Source of the DNA: a bacterium
GTDB lineage: Bacteria; Patescibacteriota; CPR2; UBA1875; JAJYID01
Direction: 5' to 3'
NCBI GenBank assembly: GCA_021787535.1
Contig: JAJYLR010000001.1
Span: forward strand, 449,687 to 490,320
DNA length: 40,634 nucleotides
The position numbers and the translations under genes were made by a program. Shown here in pieces: positions 16,668 to 25,717 of the stretch (positions are counted from its first letter, which is position 1; the number at the start of each line of letters is the position of its first letter). The notes beneath the pieces are model-generated. The model did not search any database. It saw nothing but the letters and a program-made list of their open reading frames with translations, and was not told the DNA's origin.

Positions 16668-17590
16668 TGTTCACAACGCTTTATAGATTAATAAAAACGG
16701 GCTTTAAAAACTTCCTTCGAAACGGGTGGCTGTCAATTGCATCAACTATCATTATGACGCTGACGCTTTTCATTATTTCAATTTTCCTGATCGGAAATAT
16801 TGTTTTGAGCCAAGGAATACAAACTATCCAGGATAAGATTGATATCAGCGTTTATCTAAATGATAACGTGCCGGGACAGACAGTTCTAGACATGCAAAAA
16901 GAGCTTTCTGACAATCAAAATGTCAAGATAGTAAGATATGTTTCGAAAGATGAAGCAAAACAGAAGTATGAAGAAAAATTTGCAAGCAACAAACAACTGA
17001 AAGAGTCGCTTGATGATAGCGGCGGCAATCCTTTGCCGGCAAGCTTAGAAATTAAAACCTACGACCCGAATAAGATTAGTTCGCTGCTGCCGATATTCAA
17101 CGAGAATAAATACAAACCCATAGTTAGGAAAGTAAGCTACCAGGAGAATAAAGATACTATTGATCGGCTGGTCAAGTTTACGCAGTTTATTAGAACAGTC
17201 GGCTGGAGCGTGGCCGCGCTCTTAATCATTACATCGCTGATTATTATCTACAACACTATCCGGACAGCCATATACACCCATAAGGATGAGATAGAAATCA
17301 TGAAACTTGTAGGTGCAAATCCCTGGTTTATTAAGGGACCATTTCTGGTTGAAGGCATAATGTATGGTGTTTTTGGCACTGTTGCATCTCTCGCAGCTCT
17401 CTATGTGATGCTTCGGCTCCTAGTCAACTTTTTGAACGGTTATTTTGGCACTGGCAATATTGGAAATGGCGTCTTCGGCTTTTTACTCCAAAATCTCGGT
17501 ACTTTAATAATACTTCTCCTTGCTACCGGTATTATAATCGGCGGTACATCATCTACTGTGGCTATCCGAAAATATCTCAAAAAATCCTAG
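16664..17590 (+). CDS. ftsX: Cell division permease FtsX
   Basis: RNGWLS, YVSKDEA, NPLPAS, I.NTIR..I.....EIEIMKLVGA..WFI.GPF..EG. Confidence 0.96.
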   Translation: MMFTTLYRLIKTGFKNFLRNGWLSIASTIIMTLTLFIISIFLIGNIVLSQGIQTIQDKIDISVYLNDNVPGQTVLDMQKELSDNQNVKIVRYVSKDEAKQKYEEKFASNKQLKESLDDSGGNPLPASLEIKTYDPNKISSLLPIFNENKYKPIVRKVSYQENKDTIDRLVKFTQFIRTVGWSVAALLIITSLIIIYNTIRTAIYTHKDEIEIMKLVGANPWFIKGPFLVEGIMYGVFGTVASLAALYVMLRLLVNFLNGYFGTGNIGNGVFGFLLQNLGTLIILLLATGIIIGGTSSTVAIRKYLKKS

Positions 17591-17796
17591 ATTTCAATTC
17601 TCAAATTACAATTTCCATTGAGTGTTTCAATTGATTAATTTTCAAGTTTTGATTGGCTATTGTAAATTGGTGACTAGTCATTTTCCTTTATCCCCCTCAT
17701 GCTTGACTTGGATTCCTTCATTTGAGAGAATGCGCAAGATTACCTAGAATCAAATTCGCTAAAAAGGTAATTTGTCGTCATAAAAAAGAGGAAATT

Positions 17797-18981
17797 TTGA
17801 GTACCGGTAGAACGAGTACAGACTCGCCTAGCAAAAATTTTATAGCCAAAATGAGAACATTGGCTGCGCGAGGTAAAAATCTAAAAAGATATTCAAGAAG
17901 CAGGAAATATGAAGCGCAAAAAGCTATTGTAGTTTTAGGCCTATTGAGCATTGTCCTATTTTCTGTACCATTTAACACGAAACAAACCGAGGCCGCTTCA
18001 CTCAATGATATTAACAGCCAAATAGACCAAGTATCCAAGCAACTTGACGCTAAAAGGGGAGAGGCGCAGACCATCCAGAATCAGATCGATATAATAAACG
18101 GTCAGACTCAAGAGTTGGAGCTTGAGATGCAAGCCACTCAGATGCAGATCGACCAAACTGTTGCGGCTATAAATGATTTAAACCAGCAGATTGCCGATGC
18201 ACAAAATAAACTTCACAAGCAACAGTTGATTCTAGGAGATTATTTAAGGGTCATATACGAAGAATCGAATGTTTCACCTATAGAACAAATTGCCGGAGCA
18301 AACAGCTTTTCTGACTTTGTCGACCAGAGCGAATATCTCCAGACTATGCAGCAAAAAGTAAAGGATACTCTAGAACAAATCAAAAAGCTTCAGGACGAAC
18401 TAAAGGCAAAAAAAGCTGATCTCGATAAAAAAAAGGCAGGTCTGGACGACTTACAGAAACAGCAGGCCTTAAAGAAACAAAGCTTGGATGCTCAAACCGC
18501 GCTTAAAAACCAACTTCTCGCTCAGGCCAATGCCGACGCAGCCGGCCTGCAAGGAAAGTTAAATGACCTCTATGCCCAAAAAGCAGCCATGTCGGCCTCA
18601 TACGGCGAAGCTGTCATGACCGGCGGTTCCAGCTATCCATACGGCAATCCTCCGCCAAGAAACTTAATAGACACGCCTGATGCTTACGGATATTTAATAG
18701 GTGAATGTACGTCATATGTCGCTTGGAAGAGAGCTTCTATAGGCCGGCCCGTTCCTAGAGCCATGGGTAATGCGCGTGATTGGGCGTCTCATGCAAACGG
18801 CGGACCTCACGCCGGTGCGGTCGCGGTATTTCCATACATCGGCGGCTACGGCCACGTGGCCTATGTTGAGGCAGTTTATGGAAACGGTACAATCTTGATC
18901 TCAGAATACAACTGGGTACCGTACTCATACTCATCCCGCGTCATCAACCCCTACAACTACGGCGCCGTCTTCATCAACTAG
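17797..18981 (+). CDS. PcsB/CwlO-like coiled-coil protein with C-terminal CHAP domain (copy 1)
   Basis: TM/signal, long coiled coil, GECTSYV...GNARDW...YGHVAYVE...ISEYN; start uncertain (TTG 17797 after GAGG, or ATG 17851). Confidence 0.88.
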   Translation: MSTGRTSTDSPSKNFIAKMRTLAARGKNLKRYSRSRKYEAQKAIVVLGLLSIVLFSVPFNTKQTEAASLNDINSQIDQVSKQLDAKRGEAQTIQNQIDIINGQTQELELEMQATQMQIDQTVAAINDLNQQIADAQNKLHKQQLILGDYLRVIYEESNVSPIEQIAGANSFSDFVDQSEYLQTMQQKVKDTLEQIKKLQDELKAKKADLDKKKAGLDDLQKQQALKKQSLDAQTALKNQLLAQANADAAGLQGKLNDLYAQKAAMSASYGEAVMTGGSSYPYGNPPPRNLIDTPDAYGYLIGECTSYVAWKRASIGRPVPRAMGNARDWASHANGGPHAGAVAVFPYIGGYGHVAYVEAVYGNGTILISEYNWVPYSYSSRVINPYNYGAVFIN

Positions 18982-18986
18982 CTCTG

Positions 18987-19017
18987 CAAGTTCGACCCGC
19001 TTGGCGGGTCGAACTTG
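18987..19017. terminator. Perfect hairpin terminator
   Basis: CAAGTTCGACCCGC-TTG-GCGGGTCGAACTTG. Confidence 0.75.
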
Positions 19018-19121
19018 TTTAACAGGTCATTCCCAAACTTTCTTAAAAATTTGTAACTTTAACCATAAAAATCTTGACACAGCAGTGGTAATTGTTATGA
19101 TGTTATAGGTAAGGAGGGGGA

Positions 19122-20408
19122 ATGACTTTCAAAATTAAAAGTCAGACATCAAAAATCAAAATAAAAAACATTCTATTAAGCCAAGTTTATAGAGCTGTTT
19201 GTATTATGGCTCTTTTTATGTTGGTTCTGATACTTATTCCTACTTCCAAAACTCCAAGCTACGCCGCCAGTCAGGCGGATGTGGATAACCTTAACACTCA
19301 AATTGCCGAACTGCAGACTCAACTGGATGTCAAAAAGAAAGAGGCCAACACTTTCGCCGACGAAGTTGCCGTATACGATGGCCAGATTAATTTAGTTCAG
19401 CTGCAAATCAATGCCACCCAAGCCCAGATTGATACCCAAAACGCTCAAATTACAAATATCAACGGACAGATTGCCGACAATGAGGCGAAACTGGCGGTGC
19501 AAAGAGCATCACTGGCTGAACAGCTTCGGGTGATTTACGAGAACTCCAATACCTCAACTCTGGAGCTTATTGCCGAGTCAAACAGCTTATCCGACTTTGT
19601 CGACCAGAGCGAATATCTGCAAACGATCCAGTCAAAAACCATTAGCACGATTAACTCCATAAAAAATCTCAAACAGCAGCTGGCTGACAATAAGAAAAAT
19701 ATCGAGCAGAAAAAAGAGCAGATCGCCTCGCTTCAGCAAACCCAGCTAAACCAGAAGACGGATCTCGACAAACAAAGATATGCCAAACAAATACTCTTAA
19801 ATCAAGCAAATACAGAGAGCGGACAATATCAAAATTCAATTCAAGCCAAAGAAGCCGAAAAAAAGAAAGTGGAAGATGTTTTGAATGCACCACCTCCGCC
19901 TCCACCCTCCGCAACGCCAGTTTATACAACTCCGACAGGCGGGAACCCTTCTCAAGGGAAAACTGTCCCTCAGCTTTATCAAACAGATTCTAGGTGGGAG
20001 TGGACACATATCAATGGCACTAGTTCTCTTGTCCGAGATTACGGCTGCAAACTAACGAGCTTAACAATGATATTCAACTATTACGGGTATATGGTAAATC
20101 CAGGCGATGTGGCAACCAACTCACACTACTTTATTGATGACCTTTTGTATTGGAGTGGCGTTAGAGCGTACAGCGGATTTCCAATTGACTGGCCTGATAA
20201 TAATTATTCAAAAGCTGACCAATGGGCATCTATGGGCAAGCCGTTTATAGTTTCCGGTGATATTTTCCATATTGGATATGACCATTCTGTAGTTATAGTC
20301 GGTAAAACTGCAAGCGGACAATGGGTAATGAACGATCCCATCCAAGGGCCCAATAAGTTATTCCCATTATCTCCGGGGCAAATTACGGATTATGTTTTTG
20401 TAAATTAA
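19122..20408 (+). CDS. PcsB/CwlO-like coiled-coil protein with C-terminal C39-like peptidase domain
   Basis: Own promoter (TTGACA 19074, TGnTATGAT) and SD AAGGAGG; coiled coil, Pro-rich linker, LYQTD.RW...YGCKLTSLTM...HSVV...NDP (Cys-His-Asp). Confidence 0.88.
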   Translation: MTFKIKSQTSKIKIKNILLSQVYRAVCIMALFMLVLILIPTSKTPSYAASQADVDNLNTQIAELQTQLDVKKKEANTFADEVAVYDGQINLVQLQINATQAQIDTQNAQITNINGQIADNEAKLAVQRASLAEQLRVIYENSNTSTLELIAESNSLSDFVDQSEYLQTIQSKTISTINSIKNLKQQLADNKKNIEQKKEQIASLQQTQLNQKTDLDKQRYAKQILLNQANTESGQYQNSIQAKEAEKKKVEDVLNAPPPPPPSATPVYTTPTGGNPSQGKTVPQLYQTDSRWEWTHINGTSSLVRDYGCKLTSLTMIFNYYGYMVNPGDVATNSHYFIDDLLYWSGVRAYSGFPIDWPDNNYSKADQWASMGKPFIVSGDIFHIGYDHSVVIVGKTASGQWVMNDPIQGPNKLFPLSPGQITDYVFVN

Positions 20409-20432
20409 AGCGAAAGTGTTATAATACTTCTC

Positions 20433-21503
20433 GTGGTAAAGAAATTTAAAAAACTGGCCGCAAAATCTTTTGTCAAAGCATCTGTCATAGTTGCGATTTT
20501 TGCTTTGTCACTAGTTTTTCTGCCAGCGACTATGAGGGCAACTACTTGTTCAAGTACAGCAGATTGCGATAATCAAATTAATACGGCAAAAAACCAAGCG
20601 CAAAGTTTGCAAGATGAAATTGCCGGTTTTGATAGTCAAATCCAACAGTTAACAAACAAAATACAATCAACTCAAAACGATATCAATATTACAAATCAAC
20701 AAATACAAGAAACTCAGGATAATATCAAACAGGCAGAAGATGAACTGCAAGTCAAAAGAGAAGCTTTAGGTGAATACCTGAGAGTGATTTATGAGGAGTC
20801 AAATGTTACACCCCTTGAACAGATTGCCAGCGCCAACAGTTTCTCTGACTTTGTAGACACCAGTGAATATTTACAAACCCTGCAAGCCAAAATAAAAGAT
20901 ACTGTCGATAATATTAAAATTTTAGAAGCACAGCTTAAGCAGAAAAAAAGAGATCTCGAAGACAAGAAAGGTAATCTCGATACTATGATGAGCCAGCTTT
21001 CTCTTCAAAATAGCGCGCTCAACAGCCAAAAAGCGGCAAAAGATGCATTGCTGAGCCAAACTAATGACCAAATCAATACATTGGCAGCTCAAAGAGCTGA
21101 ATTAGTAAAGATTTTTAACGAGATGATGGGTGGCGGATCAAGCGGTTATCCATATGGCAACCCGCCATCTCAAGATCAGGTCGATACACCTGATGCGTAT
21201 GGATATTTAAAGGGTGAATGTACATCTTATGCTGCATGGTGGAGAGCAGCTCATGGTAAACCGGTACCTAGAAATCTTGGTAATGCAAAAGATTGGGCAA
21301 GTATTGCCAGTAGTGACGGTCCTAGAGTGGGCGATGTTATGGTATATCCGCATATTGCACCATACGGGCATGTTGCAATTGTAGAAGCAGTAAATAGCGA
21401 TGGAACAGTAGATACTTCAGATTATAACTGGAACTTGGACTGGACTTTTCATACACACTCAAATGTGAATCCTGAAAACTGGGGCGCGGTTTTTATCCAT
21501 TGA
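20433..21503 (+). CDS. PcsB/CwlO-like coiled-coil protein with C-terminal CHAP domain (copy 2)
   Basis: Leaderless GTG 7 nt after TGnTATAAT; GECTSY...GNAKDW...YGHVAIVE...SDYN. Confidence 0.9.
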   Translation: MVKKFKKLAAKSFVKASVIVAIFALSLVFLPATMRATTCSSTADCDNQINTAKNQAQSLQDEIAGFDSQIQQLTNKIQSTQNDINITNQQIQETQDNIKQAEDELQVKREALGEYLRVIYEESNVTPLEQIASANSFSDFVDTSEYLQTLQAKIKDTVDNIKILEAQLKQKKRDLEDKKGNLDTMMSQLSLQNSALNSQKAAKDALLSQTNDQINTLAAQRAELVKIFNEMMGGGSSGYPYGNPPSQDQVDTPDAYGYLKGECTSYAAWWRAAHGKPVPRNLGNAKDWASIASSDGPRVGDVMVYPHIAPYGHVAIVEAVNSDGTVDTSDYNWNLDWTFHTHSNVNPENWGAVFIH

Positions 21504-21585
21504 TATTTTCTCCAAAACGCTGATTGATTTTTGGAACACGAGAGCATAGAATAGTATTTGTTATGTGTTAATAATGTTTCTGTAG

Positions 21586-21619
21586 GGAGGTCCAACCTCC
21601 ATGAGAGGTCGGGTCTCTT
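21586..21619. repeat. Short palindromic REP-like pair
   Basis: GGAGGTCCAACCTCC and GAGAGGTCGGGTCTC adjacent imperfect palindromes. Confidence 0.4.
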
Positions 21620-21642
21620 TAAGAAAATAATTTGAGAAATTT

Positions 21643-22830
21643 ATGAAAAATAGGAAACAAATCATTGGTGCCATTATTATCGCTTTTGTGATTTTCTCAG
21701 GCGGTTATGTGATGGGCTATAACAGGACTCTTCCGACCGGAAATCTTCTGCCGCAGATTACAAATAAATACTCAAGCAAATCGATAGATTTCGGCGAGTT
21801 CTGGAATGTTTGGGATACTATTACCGCTAAATTTGACGGCAATCTTGACATGCAGAAAATGCTTTACGGCTCTATTTCCGGCATGGTTCAGGCGACAGGC
21901 GATCCGTATACTGAGTTTTTCACGCCTGATCAGGCAAAACAGTTTGAAAACGAACTCTCCGGCACATTTTCCGGCATCGGCGCGGAGATTGGCATTAAAA
22001 ATAATAAACTCACTGTCATCGCTCCTATTCCCGATTCGCCGGCAGACAAAGCCGGACTAAAAACGGGCGATCAAATCAATAAAATTGATGGGGAAAACAC
22101 CGCCGGCATGTCACTCGACACAGCTGTTTCAAAGATTCGAGGGAAAGCGGGTACTGAAGTGACACTCGCTATTGAAAGAGACGGAACTGAAAAAGACTAT
22201 AAGATTCAAAGGGCCGAGATCGACGTCAAAAGCGTGAAATACAAAATAGAAAATGGTATTCTCGTCATTACAGCTTCCCGGTTCGACTCAGATACGGCGA
22301 GTTTGATCCAAGAAGCGGAAAATGCCGGCATTGCAAAGAATGTTCACGGGATAATCCTAGATTTGAGAAACAATCCCGGGGGCCTCCTCGATAGCGCCAT
22401 AGATGTGTCAAGCGAATTTATCCAAAAGGGAACTATAGTGATTGAGAAAGATGTGAAACATGGCAAAAGCCAGACATTCTCTGCAAGCGGAAATGGAAAG
22501 ATGACCGATAAGGATAAATACCCTATGGTAGTTCTAGTCAACGGTGGTTCGGCCTCGGCTGCGGAAATAACAGCCGGCGCTCTCCATGATAACGGCCGAG
22601 CCCAGCTCATCGGCGAAAAAACTTTCGGTAAAGGTTCGGTACAGGAAGTTGAAAATCTGCCGGACGGCTCTGAGCTAAAGGTTACAGTTGCCCACTGGTA
22701 CACGCCGAACGATGTGAATATTAATAAAACCGGTATCAATCCTGACATAACAGTGAAGTTGACAGATGCCGACTTTAACGCCGGCAAAGATCCGCAACTG
22801 GATAAAGCTATGGAGCTGCTGGCAAAGTAG
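21643..22830 (+). CDS. ctpA: Carboxyl-terminal processing protease (S41 family, PDZ domain)
   Basis: DPYT, FSGIGAEI, ILDLRNNPGG, NGGSASAAEI, KTFGKGSVQ, GI.PD. Confidence 0.95.
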   Translation: MKNRKQIIGAIIIAFVIFSGGYVMGYNRTLPTGNLLPQITNKYSSKSIDFGEFWNVWDTITAKFDGNLDMQKMLYGSISGMVQATGDPYTEFFTPDQAKQFENELSGTFSGIGAEIGIKNNKLTVIAPIPDSPADKAGLKTGDQINKIDGENTAGMSLDTAVSKIRGKAGTEVTLAIERDGTEKDYKIQRAEIDVKSVKYKIENGILVITASRFDSDTASLIQEAENAGIAKNVHGIILDLRNNPGGLLDSAIDVSSEFIQKGTIVIEKDVKHGKSQTFSASGNGKMTDKDKYPMVVLVNGGSASAAEITAGALHDNGRAQLIGEKTFGKGSVQEVENLPDGSELKVTVAHWYTPNDVNINKTGINPDITVKLTDADFNAGKDPQLDKAMELLAK

Positions 22831-22984
22831 AATGTGGAATAATTGAAGAGTAGAATAATCGAATGAGAATAAAGAATATAGGATACAAACTTCTTATTCT
22901 GCATTCAAAATTCCCATTCCATTATTCAATTATTCGACTATTCAAGATTCAATCTAAAATGAACTAACAGAAAGGAGAAACAAA

Positions 22985-23431
22985 ATGGTTCGCGTGATTT
23001 TTCTGGAAAATATTGAAAATAATAAGGTCGGGGATATAAAAAACGTTCCCGACGGTTATGCTAGAAACTACCTTTTCAAAAAGAACCTGGCCGTGCTCGC
23101 AACAGACAAGGAGGTAACGAAGATAGAAGCCAGGATGTCAAAAATACAAAAAGAAGAGGGGAGAAGAGTAGCCGAAGCGGAAAAACTAGCGGAAAAACTT
23201 GCCGGAAAGAAAATAAAGCTTGAGATGCAAGCAGGCGATGAAGGTAAGCTCTTCGGATCTGTGACAAATAGAGATGTTGCAGAAAAATTGGCAGAAATGG
23301 GATTTGAGATAGACAAAGCAAATATCGAATTCCCCGAATCTATCAAGGAAAAAGGTGAACATATGGCGCATGTGAAGCTAGGACATGGAGTGGGGACAGA
23401 TATTATAGTGGAAGTGGTACAGGCAGTTTAA
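22985..23431 (+). CDS. rplI: 50S ribosomal protein L9
   Basis: V.DGYARNYL, GKLFGSVT. Confidence 0.97.
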   Translation: MVRVIFLENIENNKVGDIKNVPDGYARNYLFKKNLAVLATDKEVTKIEARMSKIQKEEGRRVAEAEKLAEKLAGKKIKLEMQAGDEGKLFGSVTNRDVAEKLAEMGFEIDKANIEFPESIKEKGEHMAHVKLGHGVGTDIIVEVVQAV

Positions 23432-23539
23432 AAAGAATCTTGAATTTAGAATTTGGTATTTAGAATGAGAATAGAATTAAGAATTACCAATATCCCATAA
23501 ACAATTCTAATTTGGATGGAACTTGGCAATTAAAAGCAA

Positions 23540-23585
23540 AGGGATTTCTCTATTCGCCACTAGCGTGGTGTCAGTCGAAATAACA
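23540..23585 (-). repeat. TGTCATT/GGAATC-type REP-like repeat copy
   Basis: Reverse complement reads TGTTATTTCGAC...GAGAAATCCC, matching the copy at 24114. Confidence 0.6.
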
Positions 23586-23598
23586 CAAGCCCTATTTT

Positions 23599-23627
23599 AA
23601 AATCCGATCATATTTGATCGGATTTTT
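23599..23627. terminator. Bidirectional terminator between rplI and rpmA
   Basis: AAAATCCGATCA/TGATCGGATTTT. Confidence 0.75.
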
Positions 23628-23920
23628 TATTTCTTAGTTTTTTCAACCGGTTCGATATTTATAATAGTTTTTCTTTTGAGTTTTCCGGTAAACTTCCTAA
23701 GTTCTTGGCTCGTAAATTTCACATGACCGTCAACTTTAGCATACAGTGTATCATCTTTGCCGCGAGCGATATTTTCGCCCGGTTCCCATTTTGTTCCGCG
23801 CTGCCGTACTAATACTTCTCCGGCACGAGCAAACTGGCCGCCAAAAAGCTTCACTCCAAGCCGCTTGCCCGCACTGTCTCTCCCTAGTCTAGTTGAACCC
23901 CCCGCCTTTGTTTTTGACAT
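23627..23920 (-). CDS. rpmA: 50S ribosomal protein L27
   Basis: [34 protein letters not shown]. Confidence 0.98.
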   Translation of the reverse strand: MSKTKAGGSTRLGRDSAGKRLGVKLFGGQFARAGEVLVRQRGTKWEPGENIARGKDDTLYAKVDGHVKFTSQELRKFTGKLKRKTIINIEPVEKTKK

Positions 23921-24082
23921 TTGAGTCTTACATTAATTAGTGGTAATTGTCGGATGTGCTGGATCACTTCGCTCGTGGAAATTGTTTTTCATTTCTAACA
24001 TTTCCTACATTTTCCACAACTCCAACGTCTCTCATTATCCAAAATATTATATTACCTAATCGGGCAAAGGTCAACATTTTTT

Positions 24083-24277
24083 AAACCGTGAATTCAAAAA
24101 CCCCGCCCATATTTGTCATTTCGACCGACATCACGTTAGTGACGAGCGGAGAAATCCCTTAAACTGTACTTGAATTTAATTTTTTAAAGGGATCCCTCGA
24201 CTCCGCTACCGCGGAGTTTATCTTGAGCTTGTCGAATGGGCTCGGGATGACAGAGGAGGTTTTTAGATTCACGGTTT
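24083..24277. repeat. Nested palindromic element (REPIN/MITE-like)
   Basis: Outer 20-bp IR (AAACCGTGAATTCAAAAACC / GGTTTTTAGATTCACGGTTT, 2 mismatches) encloses two inverted REP-like copies (24114-24160 and 24187-24252). Confidence 0.7.
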
Positions 24278-24429
24278 TTAAAAATAAACCCCATAAAAAA
24301 TCAAAATACGCGAATATTTTGATTGTGAATTTTCCTATTGCAATAGACATCAGTTTTCAGGATAATAGCATTAGAGTTAATAAACGCCGAAAACAAAGTT
24401 TCGGTAAAATAAAGAAGGGAGGTGAAAAA

Positions 24430-24795
24430 ATGGCAGAGGCAAAAAAAACAGGATCAGGACTTGAACCAAATGTCGCAGCACTGCTCGCATATCTTTTGGG
24501 AATTATCGGGGGTATCGTATTCATACTTATAGAGAAAGAAAATAAATTCGTAAGATTCGCTGCTATGCAGTCAATCTTCTTAAGTGTCGCAATGTTCATT
24601 ATTTGGTTCGTCTTAATGTTTCTTATTCCGACATTGGCGATTGCCACGGGAGGATTTGCGGCAATACTTGCGCTGCTCATACCGCTCGTTTGGCTCGGCT
24701 TCCTAATCATCTGGATTATGCTTATGGTCAAAGCATATCAGAATCAGGAATGGGAGCTGCCGATCATCGGCAAAATGGCAAAAAAATATGTCTAA
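24430..24795 (+). CDS. DUF4870-like small membrane protein
   Basis: ATG 24430 after GGAGGTGA; GLEPNVAALLAY, FVRFAAMQS, KAYQ...W.LPIIG. Confidence 0.88.
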   Translation: MAEAKKTGSGLEPNVAALLAYLLGIIGGIVFILIEKENKFVRFAAMQSIFLSVAMFIIWFVLMFLIPTLAIATGGFAAILALLIPLVWLGFLIIWIMLMVKAYQNQEWELPIIGKMAKKYV

Positions 24796-24814
24796 TCTTT
24801 GATTAGATTAAGAC

Positions 24815-24858
24815 AAAAACTTAAAAAGACATCTGTGCAGGTGTCTTTTTAAGTTTTT
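24815..24858. terminator. Long terminator hairpin
   Basis: AAAAACTTAAAAAGACAT/GTGTCTTTTTAAGTTTTT. Confidence 0.75.
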
Positions 24859-24891
24859 GAAATCTCATCCTCATGTTTAATATATAAAGAA

Positions 24892-24917
24892 GGAGCGCCG
24901 CTTTTTAAGCGGCGCCC
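24892..24917 (-). terminator. Terminator of minus-strand cassette
   Basis: GCGCCGCTT/AAGCGGCGC stem with U-rich tail on the minus strand. Confidence 0.65.
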
Positions 24918-24951
24918 ATTTAAACAAAGTCGAGTAAGCTAGAGGTATAAA

Positions 24952-25323
24952 CTACATGGCAACAAACAGCGGCATACCTCCGACAACAATGTCTTTCAGT
25001 TGTCGAAACCTGCTTGGCAAAAGAGGTTTGACCGACGCCTTGGTTTTAGGGAAAATACCCATTCCGGGAGGAATGATTACCACATCTCCTTTTCGAAGTT
25101 TAACGATCCCTTTGAGGTAATTTCTCCAACATCTGATATCACCAAGCGCACAGTCCACATTTTTCGTAAAGTGAACTAAGATGTCGGTCTTCTCCCCAAA
25201 CTCATCCATAATAGCCCTGAGTTGCTCACTTGTTAAATCAGATGAAGCAACCAAGATCACCCTTTGCCCCCTATACCTTTTTATGCTTGTCTGTTTTTCA
25301 GTTCCTGCCTTATTTTTCTTCAT
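24952..25323 (-). CDS. Hypothetical protein, 123 aa
   Basis: SD GGGAGG, extended -10 TGTTATAAT near 25379-25387, own terminator. Confidence 0.7.
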   Translation of the reverse strand: MKKNKAGTEKQTSIKRYRGQRVILVASSDLTSEQLRAIMDEFGEKTDILVHFTKNVDCALGDIRCWRNYLKGIVKLRKGDVVIIPPGMGIFPKTKASVKPLLPSRFRQLKDIVVGGMPLFVAM

Positions 25324-25472
25324 GTTATCCTCCCGACAGGCAATACTCGACTTTGCTTTTTTAACGTACGAGTTTTCATTATAACAGTTATGCCGTCTTT
25401 CGAAAAGTTTTTAATAAAAAAAACAGTCTAAATAAGGCTGCGAAATAAGAATTAAATTTAATTCCGTCAATT

Positions 25473-25559
25473 TGGTGCCCGCGGTCGGGATCGAACCGAC
25501 ACGAAGTTGCCTTCACAGGATTTTGAGTCCTGCGCGTCTACCAGTTCCGCCACGCGGGC
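25473..25559 (-). tRNA. tRNA-Leu(CAA)
   Basis: Reverse complement GCCCGCG...GGCGGAACTGGTAGACGC, anticodon arm CAGGA-CTCAAAA-TCCTG, long variable arm, GGTTCGATCCC, encoded CCA. Confidence 0.97.
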
Positions 25560-25717
25560 AAATCATTATATATTTCAGAAGATAACCCGATATCATTTTA
25601 AAGTTTCTATGATAAAATTCAGATAGTTGAAATTATACCTTAATTCTAACCATTTATCAACGAAATCATAGTAAAAATTATTGACTTTTCATATTATTTA
25701 TGTTAGAATAATAAATC

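Noticed and set aside
22344-22904. Long antisense and alternate-frame ORFs (here and within copA, mreB, murC and others)
   Set aside because: Shadows of well-supported genes, with no motifs or expression signals.
24223-24429. N-terminal extension of the DUF4870-like ORF from TTG 24223
   Set aside because: Starts inside the repeat element; a perfect SD precedes ATG 24430.
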